From Polyangia bacterium (lineage in GTDB: Bacteria > Myxococcota_A > Polyangia > JAAYKL01): a stretch of DNA of 64,000 nt. The notes beneath the pieces were generated by a model, which was not told the origin of the DNA, ran no database searches, and was given only the letters and a program-made list of their open reading frames with translations. Of this stretch, positions 39,440-48,960 are shown in pieces (position 1 is the stretch's first letter; each line of letters opens with the position of its first letter). Position numbers and translations under genes: made by a program. The stretch covers positions 32,001 through 96,000 of the forward strand of contig JBNKCR010000025.1 of assembly GCA_050287845.1 (NCBI GenBank), in the 5' to 3' direction.

Positions 39440-40782
39440 ACGTGCTCTCCTTTTTTCAGAACATTCATGGCGGCCAGACAGTAAATCTGCATATTGTCCA
39501 TAATTTTTCTGGCCCACTTTGCAATGAGACTCCTGGCCAACAGAAAGGGAATCGCCACCGCCAGACCGATTTCCGTGGTAATCAGCGCCTCGGAAATGCC
39601 ACCGGAAAGCAACGCGGGGTTACCAGTGCCGTAACGGGTAATCACATCGAAGGTGGAAATCATCCCCGTCACCGTTCCCAGTAATCCCAGAAGCGGCGTG
39701 GCGGTGGTAATAACTGTTAAAATAGTTAAAGATCGATCCATTTTGGGCAGGGTGCGAAACACCAGTTCGTCGACGCCGTTCTCCATCTCTTCTCTTTCGA
39801 GTTTCCGATTTTCGATCACGTATCGAATCCCCTTTCCCGCTGCCCCCATTCTTCTGCTCAGTTTCTGTGCATCCTGAAATCGATTTTCAGCTATCAAAAC
39901 GGAGACCTTGTTAAAACTGGAAGGCACATAATCTGAATGCATCAGCAGCGTTCCGATACGCTCCAGTACGAGCAGAATCCCCAACGCTGCAATGGCCAGA
40001 ATAACAAACGCCACAGGGCCGCCGGCTTCAGCGGTCTGCCACAGATTTTTTTTGGAATCCTGAATGGAGGCGCCTTTTGGAAATGGAGAAATCAATATCG
40101 GGCCAATTCGTTTGCCCTCCTTCAACGCTTTGACTGCACCGGCTGAGATCTCGCCAACTGCCATCAGTTCTCCCTGGGAGGTTCGGGACAAAATATTTCC
40201 TTTGCCCTTTTCTAAACCCAGCGCCGCAATGTTCCCTATGCGCACTACCGTCCCCGAAATTTCCCTTGCGTCCGTGGAAAAATAGGTCGCCTTTTCTGAA
40301 ACAACCAAACCATGCTGTTTCAGCGTTGAAATCGCAGTTGTCATGCAATTGGAAAAAATCTCATTTTGAGATGCATTTAATGAATGCCTCCCGGAAGATG
40401 CAGTAGCAGATTCTGTTGCGGTGTGAAGCATCGCATCAAACAACGCGTTTTCGTCAGTGGTTTTCTGAGCCGATTCAAATGCAACCTCTCTGGTCTGCTC
40501 CAGTTGTCTCTGCTGTTTCTGCAATGATTCCAAATCATGGAGAGTCTGACTGATTTTCTGTGTCAATTCCTGTTTCTGCTCGTCGGCTTCGTGAATGGTT
40601 TTTTCCAGAGACTGAGAAAGAGCATCCCGAGTGGCAGTCAATTCCCGAAGTTCTCGTCGAAACGCCTCTTCAAATGTGGGTACATTCGCGAATGCGCTGA
40701 CCGGAAGGAAAACAGAAAACAGACCAACGGAAAGATACCGAAGCAATCGAAATAATGGTTGTCGAATTCTGTGTGTTTTCAT
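39436..40782 (-). CDS. Long ExbB-like protein (TtpC-like)
   Basis: Signal peptide, coiled coil, VVRIG, PLLGLLGTVTGMI, GGISEALITT. Confidence 0.85.
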   Translation of the reverse strand: MKTHRIRQPLFRLLRYLSVGLFSVFLPVSAFANVPTFEEAFRRELRELTATRDALSQSLEKTIHEADEQKQELTQKISQTLHDLESLQKQQRQLEQTREVAFESAQKTTDENALFDAMLHTATESATASSGRHSLNASQNEIFSNCMTTAISTLKQHGLVVSEKATYFSTDAREISGTVVRIGNIAALGLEKGKGNILSRTSQGELMAVGEISAGAVKALKEGKRIGPILISPFPKGASIQDSKKNLWQTAEAGGPVAFVILAIAALGILLVLERIGTLLMHSDYVPSSFNKVSVLIAENRFQDAQKLSRRMGAAGKGIRYVIENRKLEREEMENGVDELVFRTLPKMDRSLTILTVITTATPLLGLLGTVTGMISTFDVITRYGTGNPALLSGGISEALITTEIGLAVAIPFLLARSLIAKWARKIMDNMQIYCLAAMNVLKKGEHV

Positions 40783-41561
40783 TCTGCGGTTTTCCCTGAA
40801 AACAGCGGCAATAAATACTGTCCTCCGTTCATCTGTTTTTCAACCTCCGAAAACAGCCGTTCAATTTCCTTCTGTGTATTCCGATTCTGAATCTCCTCAT
40901 ATGCAAATGATCCGCTTGCATCCATCAGCATCGCTCCGAAATGCGTGTTATCGTATCGCGAATACATGGCCACCATTCCCAAGCGCACAACGGAAAGCAG
41001 CCTTCTGGGTTCGCCTTGTTTCACCGACAGTTTGATTCTTCCCATCTCTACGCTGGACGCAAGGTGCTGTTCGCCTTCTGTGAAGCGCCAGATATCAACG
41101 GCTGTTTCCCTGGGCGAAACCGTATCTGTTTCCAGATTCTGTCTCATCCGCTCCAGTGCGCCCAATCGTTCAGAAACCTGAAAGGGAAGACCTCTGCTGA
41201 CCAGCTCTTTTAAATCGGTTATTGCGGAGACACACGACTGTTTCAATGCATCCTCCGTCTGGGAAGCTTCCGTCAGTGTTTCGGTATATCCCCTGATTTC
41301 TTCCTTCAACGTATTACCCTGGAGTACGTGTTCGTCCCGTTGAATCTTCAATTCATTCAGCCGACTTTCCAGTCCGATCAACTCCGCACTTTTCTGACTT
41401 CGAAGGTCACGGAGCTGCGCATCCAGATCGTTGATTTCCACTCTGAGCCCAGCCAGTTTTTCTGGCGCATATTCGTTGGAACTCGTTTCAGCTGCAAACC
41501 CAGTGGTCATCAGCAGTATCACAATGAAAACTGCCCCCGGTTTTTTCCTGGAATCACACAT
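40779..41561 (-). CDS. DUF3450/TtpB-like periplasmic coiled-coil protein
   Basis: Coiled coil, LPFQVSERL, VRLGMVAMY; lies before the TtpC-like gene; start reassigned using GGAAGGA. Confidence 0.7.
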   Translation of the reverse strand: MCDSRKKPGAVFIVILLMTTGFAAETSSNEYAPEKLAGLRVEINDLDAQLRDLRSQKSAELIGLESRLNELKIQRDEHVLQGNTLKEEIRGYTETLTEASQTEDALKQSCVSAITDLKELVSRGLPFQVSERLGALERMRQNLETDTVSPRETAVDIWRFTEGEQHLASSVEMGRIKLSVKQGEPRRLLSVVRLGMVAMYSRYDNTHFGAMLMDASGSFAYEEIQNRNTQKEIERLFSEVEKQMNGGQYLLPLFSGKTAE

Positions 41562-41595
41562 TCTTTGCATTCCTTCCCTGCAAGGGACGCTACCA

Positions 41596-42516
41596 CTATA
41601 AATTTTTTGCATTGCAAAGCCCAACACCGTTGAAATGAACCGAAGCCCTGGCTGCATATTGAACAAAGTGATACAGGGTCCATTCGTTCGGTGGCAGGAG
41701 GCCTCCATCGTTGTACACAACACGGTGTCCCGCTTCGTCCACCAGAGGTTCGCCGTTGTCATTCAGCAGATTGGTTAAATCCTGATTCTTCAATTCCTCT
41801 TCTGTTACCAGACCATCATCCCCCGCCATAGCGGCAAACGCGTCAAATCTCAAATCTTCGTCACCGGATGCCAGTGTGTCCCAGAAAAGATGAATGGCAT
41901 GTGCGTATATATACGCCCCGATGGTTTTTCCCGCTTCAATGGAAATGCCCTGAGTGGTGTCTTTTCCATTGATGCAGTTCGAATAGACAGCGGCGATGGG
42001 CAATCCGATTCGAAACTGCACGGTACGCCCTTTTTCTGGATTTACCGCTTCGCCGGCCACAAGAAATGACCAGCCATTCTGTACCATCAGGGTAATATCG
42101 TTTGCGCTCGCGCTGATACTGACAGTCTGAGCATTCGGCGCCAATAGACTGAATCCAAAATCCAGTCTTCGGGCGGGTAAATTGTTTACAGTGCTGAGCG
42201 TCTCGCTGCCAGTGGCGCTTTGGGCCAGATCCAGCACCATGGGCCCAGCCCATCTCTCCACTTCGCTGGTATCATCCTGCTGCGAAAAAACCACATCGCC
42301 AATAACAATCACATACTTCGTGAACTGCAGTTGCCAGCCGTCAACAAATGCTGTGGTAATGCCATTTTCCGTATAGGGAAATCCCGTCCTCAATGCCTCG
42401 CCGCCGCTTACTTCAAGGGTCAGGCTGCCTTCGCCCGCAGTATCCTCGCTGACACATCCGGCAGCAATAAATACAGACAACAGTGTCAGGAGACAGGTAA
42501 TTGTGAATTTTGTCAT
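41596..42516 (-). CDS. Lipoprotein of unknown function, possibly metal-binding
   Basis: AAGC lipobox; FVDGW, HAIHLFWD, SVHFNGVGLC. Confidence 0.65.
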   Translation of the reverse strand: MTKFTITCLLTLLSVFIAAGCVSEDTAGEGSLTLEVSGGEALRTGFPYTENGITTAFVDGWQLQFTKYVIVIGDVVFSQQDDTSEVERWAGPMVLDLAQSATGSETLSTVNNLPARRLDFGFSLLAPNAQTVSISASANDITLMVQNGWSFLVAGEAVNPEKGRTVQFRIGLPIAAVYSNCINGKDTTQGISIEAGKTIGAYIYAHAIHLFWDTLASGDEDLRFDAFAAMAGDDGLVTEEELKNQDLTNLLNDNGEPLVDEAGHRVVYNDGGLLPPNEWTLYHFVQYAARASVHFNGVGLCNAKNL

Positions 42517-43352
42517 TGTTGACTCCATATAAAATCATAGGAATACCGATTGCGCACTGCCTGAACCAGAGCAGTCATTGCCTGAGTGTCATTGGTGAAC
42601 CGATACACACCATCGGATTCGACTTCGGTAAGGGTAGAAAAGTCTACCCCATCCAACCATGCATCCAGAAAAACACGCGTCAGCAAACGCCCTGGCTTTT
42701 CGCTCTTGTCACGCAATGGAACACTGCCTTCAATGTTCTGTACAATTCGCATGGTGCCTTCATCGGGAATGGTAACCCGCGCACTGAATGGGATGGCCCG
42801 GTCCGCATTGGATGCGGTACCAGTTAATAAAATTGAATCGTTCTGAAGCACGTTTAAGAGCGCATTCTCATCAACCACCGCCAGTCCCTGGTCGCCTCTG
42901 GGATGATAGTGCAGCTCCATGGAAAGGCAGGTTCCTTTTTCGCCGGCCACCATACCTGTGGACGTCACGGTTGGTGCCAGCAAATTGACTGCCTGTTGTT
43001 GAAAAACTTCGCCAAGGACTGTGCCATAATCAAATTGCGAATGGGTGGAACAGGCGTTGGCGATGCCAGTGTGGAACCACAGACTGTTTTGAGTCATGGC
43101 CTCTCCACTGTAATAATACATTGGCCCCATAAGGACAATCGCCTGAGTCAATTGCACGGTCCATCCTCCGCTGGTGGTGAATGACGAGATACTGCCTTTG
43201 GATGTAGCCCCCTGAACGCCGGTGGCAAATGTGATGGATTCACCTGCTGTGGTCGCATCACACGACGTGGTCAAAAGGGGGGCTGCGGCGACAAACAGTG
43301 TTGCCGAGACAATGACCGACAACAGTTTTTGTATGAATTGGGTATTTTTCAT
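42513..43352 (-). CDS. Lipoprotein of unknown function
   Basis: TTSC lipobox-like; ACSTH and LHYHP; GAGG RBS. Confidence 0.65.
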   Translation of the reverse strand: MKNTQFIQKLLSVIVSATLFVAAAPLLTTSCDATTAGESITFATGVQGATSKGSISSFTTSGGWTVQLTQAIVLMGPMYYYSGEAMTQNSLWFHTGIANACSTHSQFDYGTVLGEVFQQQAVNLLAPTVTSTGMVAGEKGTCLSMELHYHPRGDQGLAVVDENALLNVLQNDSILLTGTASNADRAIPFSARVTIPDEGTMRIVQNIEGSVPLRDKSEKPGRLLTRVFLDAWLDGVDFSTLTEVESDGVYRFTNDTQAMTALVQAVRNRYSYDFIWSQQ

Positions 43353-43429
43353 TGAGGACCTCTTAAAAAATGATACATGCCTCGCACTGCCGGACAGTTC
43401 TTTTTTCAGCCAGATAGGCGGGCAAAAAG

Positions 43430-44371
43430 TTACTCTTCTTCTGCAATCTGAAATACGGTGAACTCAACCGTACCGCCTCCGGGTATCGGCTTGAATCGAA
43501 TGACATATGGCACCGGATCTGTGCCTTCGGTCTGGTCATCGTCGCCATCCCATTCCAGGTCCGCATGCCAGTGTTCCGGAATATTTTCAGCGCACAGCGT
43601 CACCGCCGTACCGCCGGAAGTCGTCATCAGAGTGCCGTCCCGGTGCTGTATCCCATCGAATATACCTGTCTGATTGAAGAAAACAGCGTACTCGCCACAG
43701 CTGAATACCGGAAAATGAATGTAACTTGCTGCATTATTCGGCAACGTGACACTGATTCTGGTCTCCTGGTCCGCATGATAGTCTTCAGCAAATACATCAT
43801 CGAATACCGTGACAACCCCTTTGAATTCGACCGCCTCAGCCAGAATTGCATCACAGGCACGTTGTGGATCAAAGGTCTCTTCCACCGCATTCTTTTCGCA
43901 CAGCGCTTCGGATTCACTCGCCTGACATGTGGCGGCGGTTCCGCACGGTTCGATGGCGATAGACAAGGAACCGTTGTTCATTACACAATTGTACGCGCTG
44001 TTGTTTTCGCACTTGAATGTCCCCGCTGCACAGGTGGATGTCTCATCCAGACACGCCGCAGTTGACGCACTGGTTTCCACACAGGCATATCCAAGGGCAG
44101 CGCAATCCGCGCCCCAGTGAAAATGAGGTTCCATTCCCTCAACGATGTGACAGTACTGCACCTTGTTACCAACGCACTGCTCCCAGCCGTCTCTGTCAGT
44201 GGTGCATTCGTAGGAAATATCCTGGTTGTAAGAGTCTGATGGTGATGTATCGGACGCAGTATCCACCGTGCTGTCAGCGTCGTTGCTGTTATCGTCACAG
44301 GCAGAGATTGAAACGAAGAGGATCGCACTGAACAGTGCCGCGAGTTTCGAAATTTTGAATTGATTTTTCAT
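43430..44371 (-). CDS. Cys-rich lipoprotein with HxH motifs
   Basis: ISAC lipobox; many Cys; HFH and HWH. Confidence 0.7.
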   Translation of the reverse strand: MKNQFKISKLAALFSAILFVSISACDDNSNDADSTVDTASDTSPSDSYNQDISYECTTDRDGWEQCVGNKVQYCHIVEGMEPHFHWGADCAALGYACVETSASTAACLDETSTCAAGTFKCENNSAYNCVMNNGSLSIAIEPCGTAATCQASESEALCEKNAVEETFDPQRACDAILAEAVEFKGVVTVFDDVFAEDYHADQETRISVTLPNNAASYIHFPVFSCGEYAVFFNQTGIFDGIQHRDGTLMTTSGGTAVTLCAENIPEHWHADLEWDGDDDQTEGTDPVPYVIRFKPIPGGGTVEFTVFQIAEEE

Positions 44372-44433
44372 TTTTGCTTTTCCTTAAAAAAAATTCTTCC
44401 TCATGTTGTTTCGAGGAAGTGTAAAATTGATTT

Positions 44434-46812
44434 TTATTCCCTTTCTGCGTTTGACATGTCTTTTATGGAATGAAACAGGTCTTCCAGATGCAGGGTAAGG
44501 GTTCCCATTAAATAAAACGGTTCTCCGGCGACAAAATGTCTTTCTGGAACCCGTGAAGGAGCTGCATCGGCAGCCATGAAATTGGATGCGTAATTGAACT
44601 CGGCCTGCCGGTATTTGAGATTGAACAGATTCCGTATCTCCACCCCCAGAGAAAAATGCCAGAGTCGAATATCACCGCCCGCATTCAGCAGATACATGGC
44701 ATCTCCTTTTTCATCGAGAGGCAAAGGCCGTCCCGGTACCCAGGTGTATCCCAGACCAAAACTTCCGGTCATGGGCACTTTTTTGATGGCGAGATTCCCA
44801 ATCTGTCCGGATATTGCCACATCGGCACGCACTACCATGCGTGGAATATAGGGCAGAAGCTCACCTGTGGAATCAAGAGTGGCCTGTGTCCAACCCGCAT
44901 TCAGGAGCACATCAAAAAGAGAAATGATTCTGGAACGGACGCCAAACAAAATCGCATGTCTTGTTGAGGCACCCGCGAGAATGTTTCGTCCGTCGGTTTC
45001 GCTGAACACAAGGTCCTTGTCCACCCTGGTGAGGCTGTAACTCAGTTGAGAGGACAATTTCAGAGGGCCCTGTTCCTTTCCGTAAGTATAGGCAAACCCC
45101 GCATCAAACTCCTGCGCTCTGGCAAACGGTGCGGTTTCGTTGTCAGAGAGCGCAGCCGCATCAGTGGACCTGGTGCCCTGACCGTAAGATATCATTCCAT
45201 GTAAACCGCGAATAATTTTCATATCCACAGTCGCGCGGGGATTCAGAGAAAAACCCATACTCTGACTGGTTTGATTGGGAACACGAATTCCCTCGCGGTC
45301 AGAATCCGCCTGATTCTGGTCAGTGACGCCGAAACTGAATACATCCAGTCGCAGTCCGCTCCTGAGGGTCAGCCGATGAAACATGCGAATCTGAGCGCGA
45401 AACCAGCCTGCCACATTGACAACAGTGAAATCATTATCGAACACCTGCCCATATGGAATCGCGGTGACCGAACGCAACCGAAGCTGCTCGGAGCTGCCTG
45501 TATCCAGACGGATAGCATACCCCACCGCCAGACTCTGTTTCTGATCAAACAACGATTCGGTAAGCGTATACTTTCCTCTGGCGCCAGCAGTGACCACCTT
45601 GTAACGCATCTCCATCCCATCGCCCCTTTGTACTTTTCTTGTTTCACCATTTTCATCCACCAGCGAATCGTTGAACCATCCCGTGAAATTGGTACGCAGC
45701 CGCATGGTTTTCAATCCCGCAAAAACAACCTGTTTGAATTGCGACCGTTCAGGTCCGGCAGTCAGGTCAAATGATGTCAGAATGCGATTACTTTCTCCTC
45801 CCTGGTTGGGATCATATGTATCAAAAAATTCCATTATGCCGTTTTCGTAATCATCCTCACGCACTACTCCTGGCTGATCAAATCTGGCCGCATATCCATA
45901 CACGCTGATGCCATAGGTGAAGTTCTGTCCCTCCCAGTCATCGGTGAATCTGCCCAATGCAAGAACACGCTGCGCCGCACGGTTTACGCCGTACCCGTCG
46001 CTGGTGTAGTATTCGAATCCACCGAACGTGCCACTGTTTTCCTCCTTTGGCGCCCAGGTGAAAAGAGTTCGCCGGGTATTCCATCTGCCAAGTCCCAATG
46101 ATACATTCGCTCCCTTTTCTGGCGCGCCGAGTTTGTATTCCGCAGTTCCGGCAAAGGCGAAATCTCCCTGTTCCGGATCAAACGCGCCTTCCGTGACAGC
46201 CACACTCTGAACCAGTTCAGGAGGAATGAAGTACAGGTCCGTATACCCATGATTATGAGGATTGCTTACCTCGTTCAAAGGAATACCATCCACCAAAAAC
46301 GCGATGTCCTGACCTTCATTGGAGGCAAATCCGCGCATATAGGTTTCCTGAGCGTGTCCTTCGCCGCCGTGATTGGTAGTCAGAACTCCAGGTGCCAGCA
46401 TCAATTGTTCGGCCACATTTTTACGCGGAATCACCCGAAGGGTGCCAATTTCCAGACTGTAATGAGATGCGGAAGTCGCTTCTGTACGCTGTTCGCCAGT
46501 TACAGTGGTGTCCTCAAGCCGATATTCCGACACATTCCCTTGCGTCTTTTCATCATGAATGGATGGTCTGTTCAACGATGATTGCGCCATCGACGCTGCT
46601 TCTTCGTTGACCGACTGCGACACCACCTCCGGAGAGGTTGGACGGGGGGCCAACTCGAGGTCAGGCACCTGTGTGTCTGTACCCGTGTCTATACTCATGT
46701 CTGTATTCTGTTCTGTATCCATATCCGTTGCGCCAATTGCAATTGACACGTCTACGTGAAGTAAAATACACACGCCTGCCATACAGCACAATTTGCCTGT
46801 TTTGAACCGCAA
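44434..46812 (-). CDS. TonB-dependent receptor with His-rich plug, putative transition-metal uptake
   Basis: NHGGEGH, YMRGF, VDGIPLN, PHNHGYTD, IPPEL, NLFN; GGGAG then TTG 46812. Confidence 0.85.
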   Translation of the reverse strand: MRFKTGKLCCMAGVCILLHVDVSIAIGATDMDTEQNTDMSIDTGTDTQVPDLELAPRPTSPEVVSQSVNEEAASMAQSSLNRPSIHDEKTQGNVSEYRLEDTTVTGEQRTEATSASHYSLEIGTLRVIPRKNVAEQLMLAPGVLTTNHGGEGHAQETYMRGFASNEGQDIAFLVDGIPLNEVSNPHNHGYTDLYFIPPELVQSVAVTEGAFDPEQGDFAFAGTAEYKLGAPEKGANVSLGLGRWNTRRTLFTWAPKEENSGTFGGFEYYTSDGYGVNRAAQRVLALGRFTDDWEGQNFTYGISVYGYAARFDQPGVVREDDYENGIMEFFDTYDPNQGGESNRILTSFDLTAGPERSQFKQVVFAGLKTMRLRTNFTGWFNDSLVDENGETRKVQRGDGMEMRYKVVTAGARGKYTLTESLFDQKQSLAVGYAIRLDTGSSEQLRLRSVTAIPYGQVFDNDFTVVNVAGWFRAQIRMFHRLTLRSGLRLDVFSFGVTDQNQADSDREGIRVPNQTSQSMGFSLNPRATVDMKIIRGLHGMISYGQGTRSTDAAALSDNETAPFARAQEFDAGFAYTYGKEQGPLKLSSQLSYSLTRVDKDLVFSETDGRNILAGASTRHAILFGVRSRIISLFDVLLNAGWTQATLDSTGELLPYIPRMVVRADVAISGQIGNLAIKKVPMTGSFGLGYTWVPGRPLPLDEKGDAMYLLNAGGDIRLWHFSLGVEIRNLFNLKYRQAEFNYASNFMAADAAPSRVPERHFVAGEPFYLMGTLTLHLEDLFHSIKDMSNAERE

Positions 46813-46886
46813 AACGAATCTCCCGCGACACACGAACTCGTCGCCGATTTACACAACCAAAAAGATTTCAGTTTACCAGGACTGGT

Positions 46887-47303
46887 TCATCCATGAAAGA
46901 TGGGCGGTGAATTGGAAGGAGATATAGGATAAACAGGTTTGCAGAAATACGTATCTTCTTCAAATACCCGAATATCCAGTTGGACAGAAAATATCTGTAC
47001 CGTATCGGCATTTTCATTACTCTGAAATATCTTTGCCTGTTGCAGTAAGGCAAACACGTTGCATTCGCGGTCCGAATCGGAATCTTTGTTGTCTTTTGGA
47101 GTGGAACGACTGCTGTCATGGGTCGAATGAACTGTGGATGCCGAATGTTTATGAACCACTTTGCCAGTGTGAGGATCAACGGAATGAGACACCAATGAAA
47201 AATGCAGCGAAGAAACAATCATCGACAGCAGCATCAGCGAGATGAGTATCAATGCATTTGTTTTCTGCTGCCTTATCGTTATGTGGCTCTCCCGTCTTTT
47301 CAT
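46887..47303 (-). CDS. His-rich small membrane protein, DUF2946-like, first gene of the operon
   Basis: One TM, LHFSLVSH..PH..VHKH, single Cys, C-terminal SPSNSPP. Confidence 0.6.
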   Translation of the reverse strand: MKRRESHITIRQQKTNALILISLMLLSMIVSSLHFSLVSHSVDPHTGKVVHKHSASTVHSTHDSSRSTPKDNKDSDSDRECNVFALLQQAKIFQSNENADTVQIFSVQLDIRVFEEDTYFCKPVYPISPSNSPPIFHG

Positions 47304-47334
47304 TCTTATTCGATCTATCCTCCCAGGTAACCTC

Positions 47335-47363
47335 ACTGATAATCAGTTGGCCTTCGTTGTCAA
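47335..47363 (-). promoter_or_regulatory. Putative promoter with palindromic Fur-family-like operator
   Basis: TTGACA (47363-47358); ACTGATAATCAGT palindrome (47335-47347) over the expected -10. Confidence 0.5.
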
Positions 47364-47499
47364 GCAAAAGGCGCTGGTGCGTCTAATTTGTTGGTTATGT
47401 GAAACGGCTTTCATAGTGGTCTTTTAATTTTTGTTATGTCTGTTGATGACTATCTGCCGTTCACCGCTTCTCGAATAATTACGGTAATGTTTCGCATAT

Positions 47500-47712
47500 C
47501 TGAATTCAGAAGAAAACCTGCAGGGCTGCATGCACGGCTGAAAAGCAGAAAGTATCGCGCACAGCCATCCATTGGCAAATGGATTCCCAGACGTTACGGC
47601 GCAAAGAGACCTCTGGCCATACCGGCCCTGGAGGACAAGATAGTGCAAAAAACAGTATCGATGCTTCTGGGAGCGGTATATGCGCCCATGTTTCTGGACT
47701 GCTCCCACGGGT
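47500..47712 (+). pseudogene. Group II intron reverse transcriptase fragment (RT0-2 region)
   Basis: YRAQP..WIP..KRPLAIPALEDKIVQ..F..SHG; homology stops abruptly; no YADD. Confidence 0.85.
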
Positions 47713-47741
47713 GTCGGGGGTACCCCCGACTTCTACTCGGA
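47709..47741 (+). mobile_element. Group II intron 3' end (domain VI-like)
   Basis: GTCGGGGG-TA-CCCCCGAC hairpin then TTCTACTCGG; no domain V visible. Confidence 0.6.
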
Positions 47742-47805
47742 AAAGGACACCGCAATCGCGCTGTCGCGTGGTCAGTCAGGCGCCCGTGAAGCAGGGGCGT
47801 TCTGC
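47742..47805 (-). other. attC-like half site (R'', L'', central arm) just after the gene's stop codons
   Basis: - strand GCAGAAC-GCCCC-TGCTTCAC-GGGCGCC..GGTGTCC. Confidence 0.6.
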
Positions 47806-47808
47806 CTA

Positions 47809-48429
47809 TCAAAACGAAAATGTTACACCGATGAATTTTTGTGTGTCGCTGCCAATAAATGATAGTGATTGAAATTCGAAATGATAATTCTGTATAGTTT
47901 TCAATCTATGCAGCCTTGGCAAGATACTGTTTGACATTCTTATCTTTTTAACGCCAGATATCAGAAATATTGTGCCCGGGATTCCTGTCACTCCAGAAAC
48001 TACAAAAGATCCTGCTGCGAAAAGGTATCCGATGCCACAGAAATTTGGGTTAAAATCATCATCCTCATCTTTGTCTGAATTCGCATCGTCTCTATTGCAT
48101 TCATCAACTCCAGCCACAGACGCAATTCCGATTGCGGTACCTGCAATGCTGGTCGTATAAAAGATGAAGCCAAGTGTTGTTAAAATCTTTCCAGTTCGCT
48201 TTTGCTTTTTAAAATGGTGAATTTCAAAATCGACAAATGAAATCTGGCTTGAATTGGTATTCTCAAGATAGATTCCATAATCTTTGTAAAAGACATCCTC
48301 GTTGAGAATGAGTTTTAAAATTACTTCATCATCCTGAGACAATTTCTGTGAAATTTCATTGGCTTGACATTGGTACGAAACAGACATCAGGTAAATTGAA
48401 GAAACGACAAAAATGGGTAAACTCTTCAT
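47809..48429 (-). CDS. AT-rich hypothetical membrane protein, cassette-like gene
   Basis: Signal-like N-terminus, two TMs around a C..acidic..C loop; TGA TAG double stop. Confidence 0.6.
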   Translation of the reverse strand: MKSLPIFVVSSIYLMSVSYQCQANEISQKLSQDDEVILKLILNEDVFYKDYGIYLENTNSSQISFVDFEIHHFKKQKRTGKILTTLGFIFYTTSIAGTAIGIASVAGVDECNRDDANSDKDEDDDFNPNFCGIGYLFAAGSFVVSGVTGIPGTIFLISGVKKIRMSNSILPRLHRLKTIQNYHFEFQSLSFIGSDTQKFIGVTFSF

Positions 48430-48542
48430 CACATGCGTTGGTTGCAAATTGAGTACCAATTTTAAGGCGGAAAAACTGTATGGATGTGAAGTAACGAATG
48501 TGAAAGTTTCATACAGTGCTTTTTTTGAAAGTGTGAAAACGG

Positions 48543-48561
48543 GCAGAATAAGCGCTTGCTC
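48543..48561 (-). other. attC-like half site (L', R')
   Basis: - strand GAGCAAG-CGCTT-ATTCTGC, complementary to GCAGAA and GCTT in the other half. Confidence 0.55.
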
Positions 48562-48960
48562 GTGCCGAGGAAAGCTCGGTGACGTTGGGATAGGGAATGA
48601 CGACCCTTGAAATCGTCTTTGTACTCCAGTGGGTGAGCTGAGAAGTGACTCCCAATGGAACAGGGATTGGTCATCCGGTCCGTAGCTGAACTGAGAGGCG
48701 ATTTTTGAGAAAGGATGTCTGAAGCAGAAGTGAAGCGAAAATGCAGGCTGCGTAATTGAATCCCGAAATATGTACAGTGGCGGTCCAATTGGATAAGCGA
48801 GAGTAAGTGAAAGTCGACGACTGCAAGCATCGGAAGGCTGTAGACCCTGTAGCGTCAATGACACGTGACTGAGACACCGCGGGGAATCTGGAGCGGGGCA
48901 TGTTTTAAAAAGGGGCACCCGGGAACCTCGGGAGAGCCTACTGTTTCCTCTGGTAAAACA
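48562..48960 (+). mobile_element. Group II intron 5' part (domain I), truncated
   Basis: GTGCC start; domain I-like motifs AGGCTGCGTAATTGAATCCCGAAA, GAAGGC, GGGAACCTCGGGAGAGCC; right boundary approximate. Confidence 0.65.

Noticed and set aside
47436..47789. Functional RT, retron or DGR
   Set aside because: Only about 70 aa of RT0-2 homology, no catalytic YADD, and no accessory elements.
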